Below, piece by piece: positions 62,750 through 64,000 of a DNA stretch of 64,000 bases. How positions within the stretch are numbered: the stretch's first letter is position 1; the number at the start of each line of letters is the position of its first letter. Source of the stretch: Acidobacteriota bacterium (GTDB taxonomy: Bacteria > Acidobacteriota > UBA6911 > RPQK01 > JAJDTT01); the NCBI GenBank assembly GCA_965217775.1, contig CBDCJH010000002.1:1888001-1952000 (forward strand). The letters are read 5' to 3'. The notes under the pieces were generated by a model that saw only the letters and a program-made list of their open reading frames with translations, ran no database searches and had not been told where the DNA came from. A program made the position numbers and the translations under genes.

Positions 62750-63720
62750 GGGGTCGAAGTCGGCCACTTGGGACGGGTCACCGGTCTGCGCATGTGGGGC
62801 AACGGTATCCGGGGTCCCATTCCGCCGGAACTCGCGTGGCTCGCCATGTTGGAACGGCTTGAGCTCGAGTTCAACGGTCTGACAGGGCCCATTCCGCCGG
62901 AACTTGGAAGATTGCCGGAACTCGAGCGGCTTCTGCTCAACACGAACGCCTTGACCGGCTCCATCCTGCCGGAACTGAGCAGCCTTTCGATGCTCCGCGA
63001 CCCTGGGTTGGCACAGAATGAGCTTTTCGGAACGATACCGTCTGAATTCACCGGTCTGACCAGCCTCTCGACAATGGATCTTTACCGCACCTCGGCGACG
63101 GGCCCGGTGCCCGGGTGGATGGGCCGCATGTCAGCCCTCACCCGCCTCAGCTTGGCCGACAGCGACATGTCGGGACCCCTTCCGCTCAGCCTTAGCGGGA
63201 TCGAGGGACTGAACGAGCTTCTGGCCGGAGGTACCGACCTGTGCGAAGCGGACGATGAGCGATTCCGGAGCTGGCTGTAGGCAGTACGGACGCAGCGAGT
63301 CCATTCCTGTGCCGGGGTAGACGGGGGATCCACCGCCTATCTGACCCAGGCCGTATAGTCGCGCGAGTTCCCGGTCCTGCTGGTGACAGGCGAGGAAGCG
63401 CTGCTGCGTGTGTCCGTGGTGGCGCCCCAGGCTTCGGGACGGCCCATACCGCCGGTGCGGTCGACCTTCCATGTCAATGGAACGGAGGTCCAGGTGTTGG
63501 ACATCCATCCGGATGCGTCGATCATCCGCGATGAGGTGGACGAGAGTTCACCCAATTCTTCGGCCGACGCCCTGATCCCGGCGTCGGTGATTCGACCGGG
63601 GCTGGAGATGGTGGTGGAGATCGACCCCGACGGAACCCTGAACTTGGCATCCAGGCGGATCCCCTAAACGGGGCGGATCGCTGTGGATGTGCGGGAGATG
63701 CCTGTCATGCGCCTTACGCC
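62750..63720 (+). pseudogene. Degraded plant-type LRR protein; N-half of the LRR-M66 peptidase family
   Basis: LTGPIPPELGRL repeats; YLTQAV*SR, RPGLEMVVEIDPDG, DVREMP; in-frame stops at 63278, 63356 and 63665. Confidence 0.75.
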
Positions 63721-64000
63721 TCCCGATCCGCCCCGGCCGACGACGGTCACGGTGACGCCGACCATCACAGAGCTGGCATCAGTACCGGGGGACTCTGTGC
63801 CCAAGCAAGCTATTGTGCGCGGAGTGTCCGGAGGCTCGCACGGCAGCATTCGTGGCACGTCTGGCAGCGCCAGCGGGATCAGGCGGTTCGTCCGTCCTGC
63901 CCCTACCCGCGTTACTTCCCCGCCCTGCGCTCACCCACGTCTGGACTGCGAGGCTCCACCTTGCCCTCCCTGACGGCAACCGCTATGATTCAGTTTGTAC

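Noticed and set aside
58635-63358. TAG readthrough or recoding, given several in-frame TAG stops
   Set aside because: TAG terminates many intact genes here, and the same pseudogenes also carry a TAA stop or an IS insertion

Overview
GC-rich bacterial window. Its gene content (ankyrin, LRR and TPR proteins, a repeated C-terminal domain on secreted proteins, many pseudogenes) suggests a host-associated Acidobacteria-like organism such as a sponge symbiont; this is an inference. Most of the window is secreted hydrolases, transporters and metabolic genes. Three things stand out. (1) A lower-GC five-gene operon at 8197-15123 encodes an unknown protein, three tandem BrxD/DUF2791-like P-loop ATPases and an Lhr/BrxHI-like helicase, with no PglX, PglZ or nuclease. 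It is a candidate stand-alone defence system. (2) An ORF-less group II intron at 15834-16588 sits inside a GGAG-tagged REP palindrome. Its putative EBS1 and EBS2 are complementary to the REP, an identical empty target lies at 26557-26571, and a MITE is nested inside the intron. (3) A 158-bp MITE occurs twice, once inserted in frame in a peptidase gene. Also present: an AAA+/WYL pair with a palindromic upstream site, an IS1380 element splitting a paralogous gene, orphan antitoxins and apparent pseudo-enzymes. All family assignments come from motif recognition by eye; no database searches were run.
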